From Entomortierella parvispora E1425 (Eukaryota > Fungi > Mortierellomycota), in assembly GCA_020891255.1 (NCBI GenBank), contig BQFW01000005.1, positions 62,001-126,000 of the forward strand: a stretch of 64,000 nucleotides of DNA, given 5' to 3'. The notes under the pieces were generated by a model. It made no database searches, had not been told where the DNA came from, and saw nothing but the letters and a program-made list of their open reading frames with translations. Both the position numbers and the translations under genes were made by a program. Positions 46,633-58,114 of the stretch are shown here, one piece after another; the first letter of the stretch is position 1, and every line of letters starts with the position of its first letter.

Positions 46633-49600
46633 ATGGCCATGACCGCATTGCCCACTGCCATTCCCATGGCTGACCCTGTTCAGTGCAAGTGCTGCTATGC
46701 TATGCTGTATCCTATACACCTGAAACCACCTTCTTGTTAGTCCCCATGCTGACCATGTCCTTTCTCACTCCTCTTCATTCCCCATGCACAGTCGCCATTG
46801 CCAGGATCGCCATTCAGGACGCAGACTCTTGTCCAGTGATTAGCCAAAGACCAGAGCTCCAAGAGTTTGTCGTCCAGACACGGTCTCCGACGCTGCAACC
46901 AGAGTTCGTGACAGACCCTGAAGAATCGGCTCTTGGACAGACAAACTCTGGGGTAAAGACAGAGCCCGCTTCCTCTTCTTCGTCAGCAGTCAAGTCCCTT
47001 CCGTTGCTCTTGCTCCGAGTCAGCGCAGGAGAGGAGATGCGTTTCGACTTTGATCTCCGGGGCAGACTCTTGGATGCTCTGTGGCATCGTTCACAACACG
47101 ATCAAGACGTGCTGTTGAACAAGAAGGGTGGTCAAGGCACGAAGAACCGGGATCAGGACCAGGATGAAGACCTGCGGGATGAGGACCAGGACCATAAGCA
47201 AGAGCAAAATAAGAATGAAAGCATGGAGAAGAGCCCTCGTCTTGCCACGCGCATTGGTCACAACGATGACCAAGCAGAGAATGCAGCCATGCAGAGCGTG
47301 ACCAACGCCTGTCGGTCCAGCGCAGACAAAGCCCCTGAAGGCAACGATGAGGCGCAAGGATTGGGCTGGCAGCATGTTGCCGCTAACCACAACGTCTATT
47401 TTGTCGAGACTCGTTCGGAACAGGCCATGCAGGTCTTGCTCGAACAGGAGGCGCTGCTTCAGCAACAGGTAACCAGATGATGCAATAGAGTCCCACAGCC
47501 CCGCTCATTGACCGGGGTTTGGGCAAAGCTGAGCCCATGTGTGGGTGTTTCGAAGTTCCCCATCTAAAACGGATGTTGCGCCCACCTTCTGAGTATAGAT
47601 CCAGGACAGATCAATATCGCCTATCCGGATCGAGATGTCTTCTGACAGCCCTCAAGCAGCCCTTGCCAGTGCCAGCGCCAGTGAGAGCCCACTGTACACG
47701 TATACATGGATCTGGAATCGTCAAGGACGTGGCCGCGCCGAGGGCAACAAGGCCGTGTTTGCAGTGAGTCCCCCCCCTCCCCCCTGCCTTTTTTTTTGGT
47801 TGCTTCACATACCCCGCGCTTGGCTTGTTTTCCATTCCAATTGCTTGAAATACTCACCCTCACCCTCTCATCAGTTTCTGGGCAAGGATTCATTATCTGG
47901 GAAGTCACATATCCTCGCCCAGTTCTCTCTGTGGATCGAACGTAAGTAATCTTTGCTATCCGCTCTTCTGGCTTTCAACAAACTAGAGGTTGCTAACTAG
48001 ACAATGGCTCCCCAAAGCAAATATTTCTTCTGCTGTACAGCGCCCAGCAAGGCCACCGAGGCCGGCACATCCTCCCTCCACATCTCTACAGCCAGGAAAG
48101 AATCCCCGACATTGGAGGAGGAGCTCTACTCCTGAAAAGAACGTTGGTCGAATGCCTACTTTTTGGAGCAAGTTGCCGTACTTTCCAAACAGTAACCAGT
48201 CCCTTCCAATATTGCCTGATGCTACCGTCAAAACACCTGACACTAATATGCCATTAAGCTCTGAGGAAGGACCAGGCACTACAGTGCCCATACCTCTCGC
48301 TAATGGTACCGAAGATGGACCTCTCTTCCGAGCCACTGTGGTAGAATGCGAGAACCATATCAGAAACATGAAGGGGGTCATGAAGCAGGTCCAGAAAGCT
48401 ACGCAAACGCTTTTGGAATCCCGTCGTGCATGGGTTGCAGCCGAGCAGTCTTTTGCAAAGGAGATGGCAGGACTCAAGGTTGCGGAGCCTTTGCTGGATC
48501 TATACCTACGACCAATGACGCAGAACCTTGGCGAGCTCTCGGAGCTATTCTCTCAACAGACTCGGGACATGTTTGTACAACCGTTGTCAGCCTACTGGAT
48601 CGAGATCAAAGCAGCAGAGGTGCAGCGGAAGCAATTCGAGGAAGAGAGCAAGGAATATTACAACTATTTGTCAAAGTACTTGGGAATGAAGCAGGAAAGC
48701 GCTCAAAAGAAGATGGATGCGGACCTAAAATACGAACAGAAACGTCGGCATTTTGAACTCAAGCGAATGGAATATTGGGCATTCCTCACGGAAATGAGGG
48801 CAGGCTCCAGTAAGGATGAGTGGCTCGCGAGTCAACTGGCTAATTACTTGGATAAGCACTGTCAGTACTTGATCAGTCTCGGCACAGTATCTACAGAGAT
48901 GAAATCGGAATTGAAAGCTGCTACGGTGCTTCGGACTCAACGACGCGAACATAAGGCGCTGCGACATTCAAGATCCCTTTCACAGGCACTTTCTGCAGTC
49001 CCCAAGGACAATGTCTCCGCTTCACCCTCGATTCTGAACAACTTTGGTGACAAAGAAGGACAGGGGTATCGCAGTCCAAGTCTGGAACGCCGACCACCAC
49101 GTTCTAGAGTTATGACTGGACCAAGTGAAGTCCCAGCACGTTATGCACCGATCCTCAACAACTCCAGTTCTCCTAGCATCACTGGTTTCCGGGATTTGGA
49201 GCATCAGGATATCGAGGCGGGGATCGCAAAAGGAAGGCGCAAGGAGGGATTTCTTTTTGCCACGAGCAAGCCAAACTCACACAACACCACGGTCCTCGAC
49301 AAGTCCAACCTCAACTGGCACAAATACTGGTGCGTGCTGTCGGAAGGACAGCTGCATGAGTACTCGCACTGGAAGAGGGGCGTTACTCAGCCGCACAATG
49401 AACCCATCAATCTCCGCATCGCCACTGTTCGGCCCTGCAGGAACCAGGATAGAAGATTCTGTTTCGAGGTTATTACGCCGAGGTTTCGGCGAGTGTATCA
49501 GGCCACCTCTGTTGATGATATGAACTCTTGGATCCACGTAATATCAAACGCAATCCATGGTCTTCTCAATGGCACAAGCAGCTGCAGGAACTTGAACCTG

Positions 49601-52576
49601 GAGTACAATATGCACAGCTCGCGGCTCGACGCTCCGGAAGGCAAGGGCATGCTGGCAGGTCTAGGTGGCATGGCCAGGGCTAGCATGGAGCAGGTCCTTT
49701 ACGCCACTTCGTTACCTATGTCCATTCAAACCAGAGTTCAACCTGGTCAGGCGGTGGGCAAGAAGCGTGGAGGGAGCGCCGCAGACGGGCTGAACGAGCT
49801 CGGTCAGATCATGCTGCCTAGAGCGATGCAGCCGCCCTCCCCAGACGAGAGTCAACGGTCGTTGGACCTCATGGGCGCTCGACTCTTGCAGTTGATGCGC
49901 GAGACCCATGTCGCCAATACCTTCTGTGCTGATTGTGGAGCCAAAAATCCAGACTGGTGTGTTATCAACCTGGGAATCCTTGTATGTATTGGTAAGTAGT
50001 CGTCGCTGGCGATATATATTCATACCAAAGTGGAACAAAGCTCGATGTTTTTTCTAACATTTCCCAATATTTTTTGAATTGGCCATAAAGAGTGCTCTGG
50101 CATTCATAGAAGTCTCGGCACCCATATTTCCAAAGTTCGCTCATTCAATTTGGACACGACCTCTTATACCCGGGATCTCTTTGACTACATTCGCGCAGTC
50201 GGTAACGAGGTCTCCAACAACGTCTGGGAGGCGCGTCTCTTGACCGAGCCTCCTTCTCCTTCAGAGGAAAAGAACGCTCTTTATTTCCAAAAGCCTGTAA
50301 CGAACGATTCACGAGAACACAAGGTTGCGTTCATTCGCAAGAAATATGTAGAGCGTGCCTTCATCGATCGAGAAGAAGAGAGAGCTGAATCCAGTCAAGA
50401 TCGTTCTGCAGCTGCTACAAGCGCACTCTTCCGAGCTGTCGAAGACAATGATATCAGTGCAGCTCTCAAGGCTTACGCTGCAGGCGCAGATTTGAATGCA
50501 GCACAAAGGGCCAACAAGGATGCAGACTCGGGTCCATTTTTCGAAGAGCAAGCAGACTCATCAGTAATGGACGCTCCACCTCCACTGCCAGTTAGACAAC
50601 CAGACGACACCTTTGGACTGGGTTCTATCCCTAATGTTGCCGAGTCCCCCATCATGACTGAGGGGACTTGGCAAACTACCGTGGTCGTTGATGACAGTAA
50701 CGTCTCTGATGCGGGGTCGTCGCGGTTTTCGAGATCGACAACGGGATCAATCTCTGACTTGAAGGTGGAACGGTTGGCAGAGCCCCGCCCACGAGATCTG
50801 ACACCATTACAAGGAGGCACATGGGAGCTATGGTCGAGACCTGCAGCTGGCCGTCCAATCTCCTCTGTTATGGTCATGCAGACATCGCCTCTGCTAATAG
50901 CTCTTCGACAGGGTGTGCCCTTCAGTCAGGATAGTGCCTTTGAGGTGTACCCAATGGCAGAGTTCTTAATCCAGAACGGTGCGGCCAGCAACACAAGTGT
51001 TCAAGTAAAGGTCTTGGATGGTTTGGGACTCGCAGCGGCTGGAAGAGCCATGGCTCCACCGCTTCCCATTCGCCCAAGTCCTCGACGGAAGGGGGATCTG
51101 GAAGCCCCAGCACAGGTAATCATTGAGCAGGACGTACCATTGCAGTCCTCGACCTCTATTGTCTCACGCCTTTCCGAGAGCACTGTTCATACGACAAGTA
51201 TGGAGTCTTCCGGCCGGACTCCGAGCACAGCTCCGAGCTTTGAAACTACGGATGGGGATGATGAAACTACAGACGCTTCAGGAAAGAACCGAAGAAGTGT
51301 CGGGCAGGTGGTTGAGCTACGTGGCGAATCTGGAGCCAGTGCGATGGAGTATCTCCGAGGAAAACGTGTGGCACGAGGAGAAGCGGTACCTATGGTTATT
51401 CCTCCGCTATCGTCCTCGCCTGGTCCTATGGTTCAGAGCGAAGCATCAGCATCGCGTTCCTCGACAGATCTTCTTGGTACCGGATTGTCTGCTCCAGTGG
51501 AATCTGGCGTTGCCAGCACCGGTGGCTCATACACAGCCTCTATTACATCTACGTTGACTAATCTCTTGTCGCTCTCGCCACGGCTTCGACCAGAGCGCGC
51601 CTCCATCATTCTTCCATCGGCGCCTGTGTCCTTGGATCCTTTTCTAACTCCTCCTGGAAGTGGTAGTAGCGCCAACATGTCCAGCTCCCAACCCGCCGTC
51701 AGTGGTGCACGACAACCGGCTCAACCACAGCAGCCAGATATCTCCAGTCTTTTCCAAAAGAGGCGAGAGAGTGATGGTGGCATCGGATCCGTCCTGTTCT
51801 CGGCCCGAAAAGGAGGTGAAAAAGACAAGGAAAAGATTGCAGCCAAGGCGAAAGCTAGGATGTCAGGAGACTTTTCGCTACTCCAACCAACTTCATTTTT
51901 TGCTTCTTTTACCTCGTCTTCTCAATCTTCTCAAGAACAACAACAACCACATCGGGAGCAAGATCAGGAACAGCAAGGACAGAATATAAGTCGTACAACG
52001 TCTCCCCCTCTGTCGCTCTCGCTGTCTCAATCGTCATCGCTGTCTGGAGGCGTCATGTCAAGTCAGGAGCTTACATCTTATCCAGCTGGCAGCCCATCCA
52101 CTGCTGCTGCGACGAATACCTCATTGACGCCAAGTCGAGCCCAAAAGGTCAAGGCCAGCTTTACAAAGAGTTGGCGCCTCTCTGCTGCGTACCTCAAGAA
52201 CAACAAGACGCTGAAGGAGGACAGGGATCAAAACATCACCAATGTCTTCTCGACAACAGGCAGTATCCCTTCGTCTTCAACGACCCTGCCCACAAAGTAC
52301 TACGGACGTGTCTCCACGTCTTCTCAGCAGGACTTTGGACATCCGATTGAGTTTGAAGGCGAAGAGCCGACAATGGAAGAGTTGTTGAGACAGCAAGACC
52401 AACAACAGTTCCAGCAGCAAGTGGAGTCGCGGAGTCGTTCACGCTCCCCTGGTCCTCGAGGCGATGGCGATATCTTCCAGGCTGCGAGAACTTCCATGTC
52501 GTCATTGTCTCTCTCATTCTCGGCACCTACCCTAACAGCTGTAGCGCTGGACGGCAATCACAACATTGCCCAATAA
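46633..52576 (+). CDS. ACAP/Age1/Csx2-type ArfGAP (N-terminal domain, BAR, PH, ArfGAP, split ankyrin, disordered tail)
   Basis: BAR begins EDGPLFRAT; PH RRKEGFLFA..WHKYWCVL..DRRFCFEVITP; ArfGAP zinc finger CADCGAKNPDWCVINLGILVCI|ECSGIHRSLGTHISKVRS; ankyrin halves ALFRAVEDND..GADLN and TSPLLIAL..EFLIQNGA separated by an insert. The start and the junction near 47940-48050 are uncertain. Confidence 0.88.
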
Positions 52577-53323
52577 CTACTATACTACCCGAAATCATAT
52601 CAAAACCAAGTCCACATATCGAGGACATGTTTGTTAACAAATGCAATATTATAACCAATAATATCCATAATAAACTGACGATGAAGCACAAGCAAACACA
52701 ACAGGAGCATTCTCCAACTCAGATAACACGACAGAATGAAAGACATGTGAGCATCAACGGACATGACGCGTTCATGAACGCGAGAGGCATCTCTTGAAAA
52801 GCTCAAGGACTGTGCTTCATGATCAAGATGAAGGACTGCAATCGTTAGCGTGGTTTCATTTCGACACATGCCAGCACCAAAAAACGCACTCGCCCTTTCC
52901 CTTCTTCGAGAATTGAGAGCCTTGTGGACAACGATCGTGGGGTACAAAAGTATATTGAATTCAACATTCCATGGGCGGTCTTTTGTCGTCTTGGTCCTTT
53001 TGCTGTTTTTTCTTTACCTTCGGTGATATCCTTGCTCATGTACCTTTGGGCAATGCATGTGAGTGCCCAGACAATCAAGGCACTGAGAGTAAAGACTCCA
53101 AGTCAAGAGAAGAAGAAAGGAGCAGAGGAAGAAAGGACAAAGAAAGACGCCACCTCCGCTCCGCATGAGCACGCGCACACAGACTTTTTTTGCTCTCAAC
53201 CTTTTGCTCGGCCAAATAGGATTTTCTCCCCTTCGCTTTGTTTTTACTCCTTCTCATCTCTCCTCCATTCACATCTCCACACATTCCCCCAACTCCCTCC
53301 CTTTTCATTCCACATTCTCAAAA

Positions 53324-54552
53324 ATGGCTACTGCTCAGAACACACCCACGTCCAAGGAAGAGTGGATCAAGGCTGCGGACGGCCATGAGCTCTTCACAAA
53401 GACGTGGTATGCCGTCGGCAACCCTGTTGCGTCCGTTGTCTTTGTCCACGGATTTGGCGAGCACATCGTTCGTAAGGAGAAAGACCCCTTTTGCCCTTCT
53501 CATGTTCTCAAAATGTCTGTTCGACGCAACTCATCGTCTGTATTTGATCGTTGTGTGTATAGGCTACGACCATGTCTTTGAGGAATTCAACAAGGCCGGT
53601 TTCCAAGTTTCGGCCTTTGACCAGCGTGGATTCGGCAAAACCGGTAAAAATTACAAATCGTCGATCGAAGAACCTTTTTTTATTTCTCTTTCTGTTTGTG
53701 TGTGCGCGTGCACAAAAACTCAGCCGGTTGCCTTGTTTTTTTTCTTTCTTGTAGGCAAAAAGACAAAGACTCTTGGACGCACTGGAGGATACGAAAAGGC
53801 CATCCCCGATATCACGGCTGCTCTTGAGCGCGGAGAAATCAAGGATCTCCCCTTGTTCCTGATGGGCCACTCTTATGTAAGGAGGAGCGATCATCTACGA
53901 CCCAAGGAAGAAAAAGGAACAATTGGGCCCATCGATCGTGTTTTTTCTAACACGTCTTTTTTATTTTTTATATTTTTAAACCCCACAGGGCGGTGGATTG
54001 GTACTCAACTACGACTGCATCGGACCACTGCGCACAAAACTTGCCGGATTGATCGCCTCGGCTCCTTTGGTTTTGACAGCACCCGCGACCCGACCCAATA
54101 ACGCGACGGTTTCGTTTGCCGGAGCCGTCTCCAAGGTCTTGCCCTCCGTCAAGATCCCCGTCAACTTGTCCTCAAAGTTGATTTCGCGTGACCCAGCCGA
54201 AGTGTCGAAATACGACAAGGACCCTCTGGTACACGGATTTGGTACCACCAAGGGCCTCTTTGATATGCTGACCAACGGAAAGGCGCTCTTGACGAGTCGG
54301 TATCAGGAGATTGCCACCAATGTCCCCCTTTTGATCACCCACGGCACCAAGGATGGCTTGACGGATCACAACGCCAGCAAGGAGTTCTTTGACAAGGTTC
54401 AGGTCAAGGACAAGGAGTACAAGGAATACCCAGGCTACTTTCACGAGTTGCACAACGAGCCTGAGCCAGACCGCACTCAGGTCATCCAGTATTACATCCA
54501 GTGGATCAAGGCTCGTTTGCCTCCTGCCACTGCTACTGCCACAGTTGTCTAA
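53324..54552 (+). CDS. Alpha/beta hydrolase, monoglyceride lipase / lysophospholipase (Yju3/MGLL-like)
   Basis: VHGFGEH, FDQRGFGKT, nucleophile GHSY|GG (split by an intron), HGTKDGLT (Asp), HELHNEP (His); four exons. Confidence 0.93.
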
Positions 54553-54609
54553 ACCTCCGAGCTCTACCATGAACGACCTTCCTAATACCAATGGTTTTGC
54601 TTCATTAAT

Positions 54610-55200
54610 AATCGCTGTCAATAAAAAAAATGTTTATTACGATAAAACACACAAGATGAGTTCTATCTGGGCCTGCTCTTAGTCAACTGTCGCCTCTCTT
54701 TGAAAAGAGAGATGGACAAGTTGTGCAGGGCGCGCCAACGAGCAGGCGGCAGGCCATCGCACCCCACTTACCTTGACTTACCTTGGGTGCCGGTCAGGTC
54801 GAAGACTACACCGAAAGCTATCCCAGCGATACCTCTAGTGGTTCCTCACTACACCTACATCTTCGTACAGCGCGAACGAGGGTCACCCACTGCACCAAGC
54901 ATCCTTCGTGACTGGGGGCGGGGGTGTAAGAGGCGAGCGGTCGACCTGAGAGCGAGACATGGGGGAGAAACGAAAGCAACAACAACCAACAGCCCAGCAA
55001 ACAACAACAACACCACCAACCAACAAGCAAAAAAAAAAAAAAAAAAAAAAGCAAACCAGCAGAAAGGCATGTCTTTGAGAGTGATAATAGTGTTGCCGGA
55101 TCGAAGTGAGAGTGGTTCCGCCAGATCGAAGTACTAAGGAGTCGTTGCGTTGTAGGCGTCGAAAAGTAATGAAAGTTTCGGGGGAGGGCAAAAGGTGAAT
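54610..55200 (-). ncRNA. Candidate spliced non-coding (or micro-ORF) Pol II transcript
   Basis: TATAAAAG, GT-AG introns 54946-55134 and 54663-54781, perfect AAG|GTAAGT donor, AATAAA at 54633-54638 (minus). Stops in all three frames of the middle exon. Predicted from signals only. Confidence 0.4.
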
Positions 55201-55223
55201 GAACAAAATGTGCACGGGAAGGG

Positions 55224-55231
55224 CTTTTATA
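55224..55231 (-). promoter_or_regulatory. TATA box (TATAAAAG) about 25 nt upstream of a TCATTCA initiator-like site
   Basis: Plus strand cttttata at 55224-55231; minus-strand GTTCATTCACC at 55194-55204. Confidence 0.55.
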
Positions 55232-55562
55232 GTGCTGCGGCCCAGTGACTGTTTTTCAGCCCGGTGGTGGCAAAAATTGGACGTCCATCGTCCATTGACG
55301 CGTGAACGTATGTGTGTGTGGGGGGGGGACCATCACTGACGAGGGGATTCAGCATTCAGCAATCTCTTGCCTTCACTTTGCAACTGCATCTATTGCTGTG
55401 AACTTGCAAAACTGTGCTACTGTCTCAACGCTGGGCGCGATAAAGGAGTAAACGACCTCTACCTTTCTCACCAGCCAGTTTTCTGTGTCCGCCCTTCTCT
55501 TGCCGTGTCCACACACACTTCGCCAAAACTGATTTTCAAGGAGTCAGAAAAAAACAAGTGAA

Positions 55563-57542
55563 ATGGCCACCAACACTGCCGACGCTGCCGACGCTGTCGC
55601 TGCAGGTTCTTCTTCCGCTGTGGCAGACCCATCTTCCGCTGTATCAGGTTCTTCTTCTGTTGTGGACTCTTCTTCTTCTGTTGTGGACGCTTCTTCCGCT
55701 GTAGTGGGCTCTTCTTCCGCTGAAGCAGGTTCTCCATCTGTCTCTACTAGTGTCGCCTCCAGCCCACCTTCGACCCTTATTCTTGGATCTCTGGCAACTC
55801 TTCGTTATGATCTTCCACCAGAGGTGGCCACCATTATCTCTCCATATCTCTCTCAGTCGGATATTGCCCGATGCTGCCTTGTATCTTCTCACTGGAATTG
55901 GATTTGGTTGTCCATTCTTTGGGGTAATGTCAGCCTTAGTACAACTTTGCAATGTACGCGATTCGAACGGATTTGCTCTCAAAGACTGTTTAGGACGTTT
56001 CTTCCCAATTTGCTCGGCTTTCGCACTATTCGAGGACATTCGCGTGGTCAGCTTCTATTTGCGGGTCCACACGAGCAGCGACCTAGAAGGATGGAGAGCG
56101 CCGAACTCACATTTCCTGCACTTCACGGCGCTCAGGCCTCGCAGTTGAGCATCGCCCAGGACATCATCTCGCAATGCGATCGTCTCTCACACATGTCTCT
56201 TTTCGGTATTCGCAGATTGCTCCCCGAAAAGAACGGCGACTCCAGGTCGCTCTGGGCCTTCTTCTGGATCCGTTCAGACGTTCTGCGATCGCTATTTGTG
56301 GATCTGAATATGGTAGGTGGAGTGAACAGTGAAGACAGCTGGCTTTTCCGCCCCAATGATGATCTACCTATTCTTCCAGCACTTGCCCACTTTTCGATTT
56401 CTGGCGATGTGGGAGAAGGCACAATCACAACATTCCTGCAGCGGTGTCCAAGCTTGCAGATCTTGGAAATCCATCGAGCACACCCATGGCAACAAATTTC
56501 GGCTCTGATCTGCCTTGCCATCCACAACGGGCTGCATTCCCTTGGTGACCTTGTCCTCGACGTCCCTTCAGGCACCGATGATGTTGTTGGGGAGTTTCTT
56601 GATGGAGTAAAGTGGAGAAGCGTGTCGCTCTCTCCATCTGGGATTGCAGGGGAGCGGACTCGGCGAGCACTTTTCGGCGCTGCTTCGACTATGGAGGTGT
56701 TGGTAGTCGAAGGGCTGAGGGGCTTCCCGAGTACCTTCCTGCAGGAGTTCCTGGTGGAAGCTGAGGAGCTGAAGGTGTTCAGTGGTCTAACTTTCTCGCG
56801 GCCACTCGACAACCAGTTTGATCTTCAAATACATGGAGAGCACATCAATGAGCCTCCTCTGGAGATCGAGATGGAGGAGGGGGAGACTGGGACAGGAGAC
56901 GATGACAAGGATGACGCTGCCATGCAGGCGATGCGAAGATGCAAGGACGATGGCTCTGGAGGAAGCTCAGAGGCGCCTTGCGCGGCCAATGACCTCCCAA
57001 GATCCTGGTCCTGTGTAAATTTGGAGATGCTGGCGATCAATGTGTCCCAGATTCCGCGCAGCGACGTCGGTGGTGTCTTTGTCCACGACTGCGAGGACAA
57101 AGCTGGGGAGACACACCACAAGGTGTACAGACAACTGGGCCGCCTCACTCATCTTCGGGAACTTGCCCTCGGCCACGGTATGGACAGCAGAGTGTCAACA
57201 GTTGAGCGAACACCCTTGGCGAACGGCAACCTCCCAGTGGCAGGCCAATATTCCAGCCAGTTCTTGTGTCTGTCCATGTCCTTGGCAGCTGGTCTTGGCC
57301 ACCTTGCGGGTCTCAAGAATTTGCGGTTTCTGGACTTATCAGGGACGGCTCACAAGATCGGAGTAGCAGAGCTGGCCTGGATGAGGGAACATTGGCCGCT
57401 ACTTAAGAAAGTGGTCGGGCTTGAGGAGCGTGTTGGGGCCATACACCCTCATCGGTGGCACAGGCAGGACCTCGATGATGTCCGAACTTGGATGCGGAGG
57501 CATCCAAATGGCATTGGCTCGGCATACCCATCTCTGCCTTGA
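55563..57542 (+). CDS. F-box protein with RNI-like/LRR C-terminal region (659 aa, intronless)
   Basis: LPPEVATIISPYLSQSDIARCCLVSSHWNWIWLSILWGNV (F-box); VYRQLGRLTHLRELALG, SLAAGLGHLAGLKNLRFLDL, ELAWMREHWPLL. Confidence 0.88.
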   Translation: MATNTADAADAVAAGSSSAVADPSSAVSGSSSVVDSSSSVVDASSAVVGSSSAEAGSPSVSTSVASSPPSTLILGSLATLRYDLPPEVATIISPYLSQSDIARCCLVSSHWNWIWLSILWGNVSLSTTLQCTRFERICSQRLFRTFLPNLLGFRTIRGHSRGQLLFAGPHEQRPRRMESAELTFPALHGAQASQLSIAQDIISQCDRLSHMSLFGIRRLLPEKNGDSRSLWAFFWIRSDVLRSLFVDLNMVGGVNSEDSWLFRPNDDLPILPALAHFSISGDVGEGTITTFLQRCPSLQILEIHRAHPWQQISALICLAIHNGLHSLGDLVLDVPSGTDDVVGEFLDGVKWRSVSLSPSGIAGERTRRALFGAASTMEVLVVEGLRGFPSTFLQEFLVEAEELKVFSGLTFSRPLDNQFDLQIHGEHINEPPLEIEMEEGETGTGDDDKDDAAMQAMRRCKDDGSGGSSEAPCAANDLPRSWSCVNLEMLAINVSQIPRSDVGGVFVHDCEDKAGETHHKVYRQLGRLTHLRELALGHGMDSRVSTVERTPLANGNLPVAGQYSSQFLCLSMSLAAGLGHLAGLKNLRFLDLSGTAHKIGVAELAWMREHWPLLKKVVGLEERVGAIHPHRWHRQDLDDVRTWMRRHPNGIGSAYPSLP

Positions 57543-58114
57543 GTCTTTGCGAGCTATACTTGTATGCTATTCCTGTTGTATAATAAAATATCTTTCAATA
57601 TCGTGGTAAACGTTGGGCAACTGACAACATGTAGGAACCACCAAATTCGAGATGATGAGGTTGTTTGCTCCCACAACGAGTCGACAGCCGACCTGTGGTG
57701 AACTCACTTGTGAACGGTTGCCTTTTCGCGAGACGACAATCGACACTCGAGCACAGTAAGGCGATCGATCGAATTGCTTTTCTTGTAGTCCAAAAACTAC
57801 TGGCAAACAGGTAAATGCATCGACAAATCGCGCCATCAACGCGTGATGTGGATGCATTCCAAAAAAAAAAAAAGAATCAGAGAAGCTCTGTAAACAACAG
57901 TGATGGCATGCGGGCATTTCCTGTCCTTCTTTCTGTCTTCCCATTTCTCCATAGACCGCCGCCGCCGCTGCCGATAGATGCAAGAAGTAAAAACAGCAGC
58001 TGCAGAATAGTAACAGCAGTCATAGCACCAGTTACGACAATATCAGTAGTAACAGCAACCACAACCGCGACGACAACGACACCGACAGCGAGAATGTCAG
58101 CGGTAGCTACAACA

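Noticed and set aside
54766-54790. ACTTACCTT repeats read as a U1 snRNA 5' end
   Set aside because: Lacks ACTTACCTG, the U1 stem-loops and an Sm site; better explained as minus-strand GTAAGT donors.
55125-55145. GACTCCTTAGTACTTC as U3 snoRNA box A'
   Set aside because: No box A, B, C or D elements follow.
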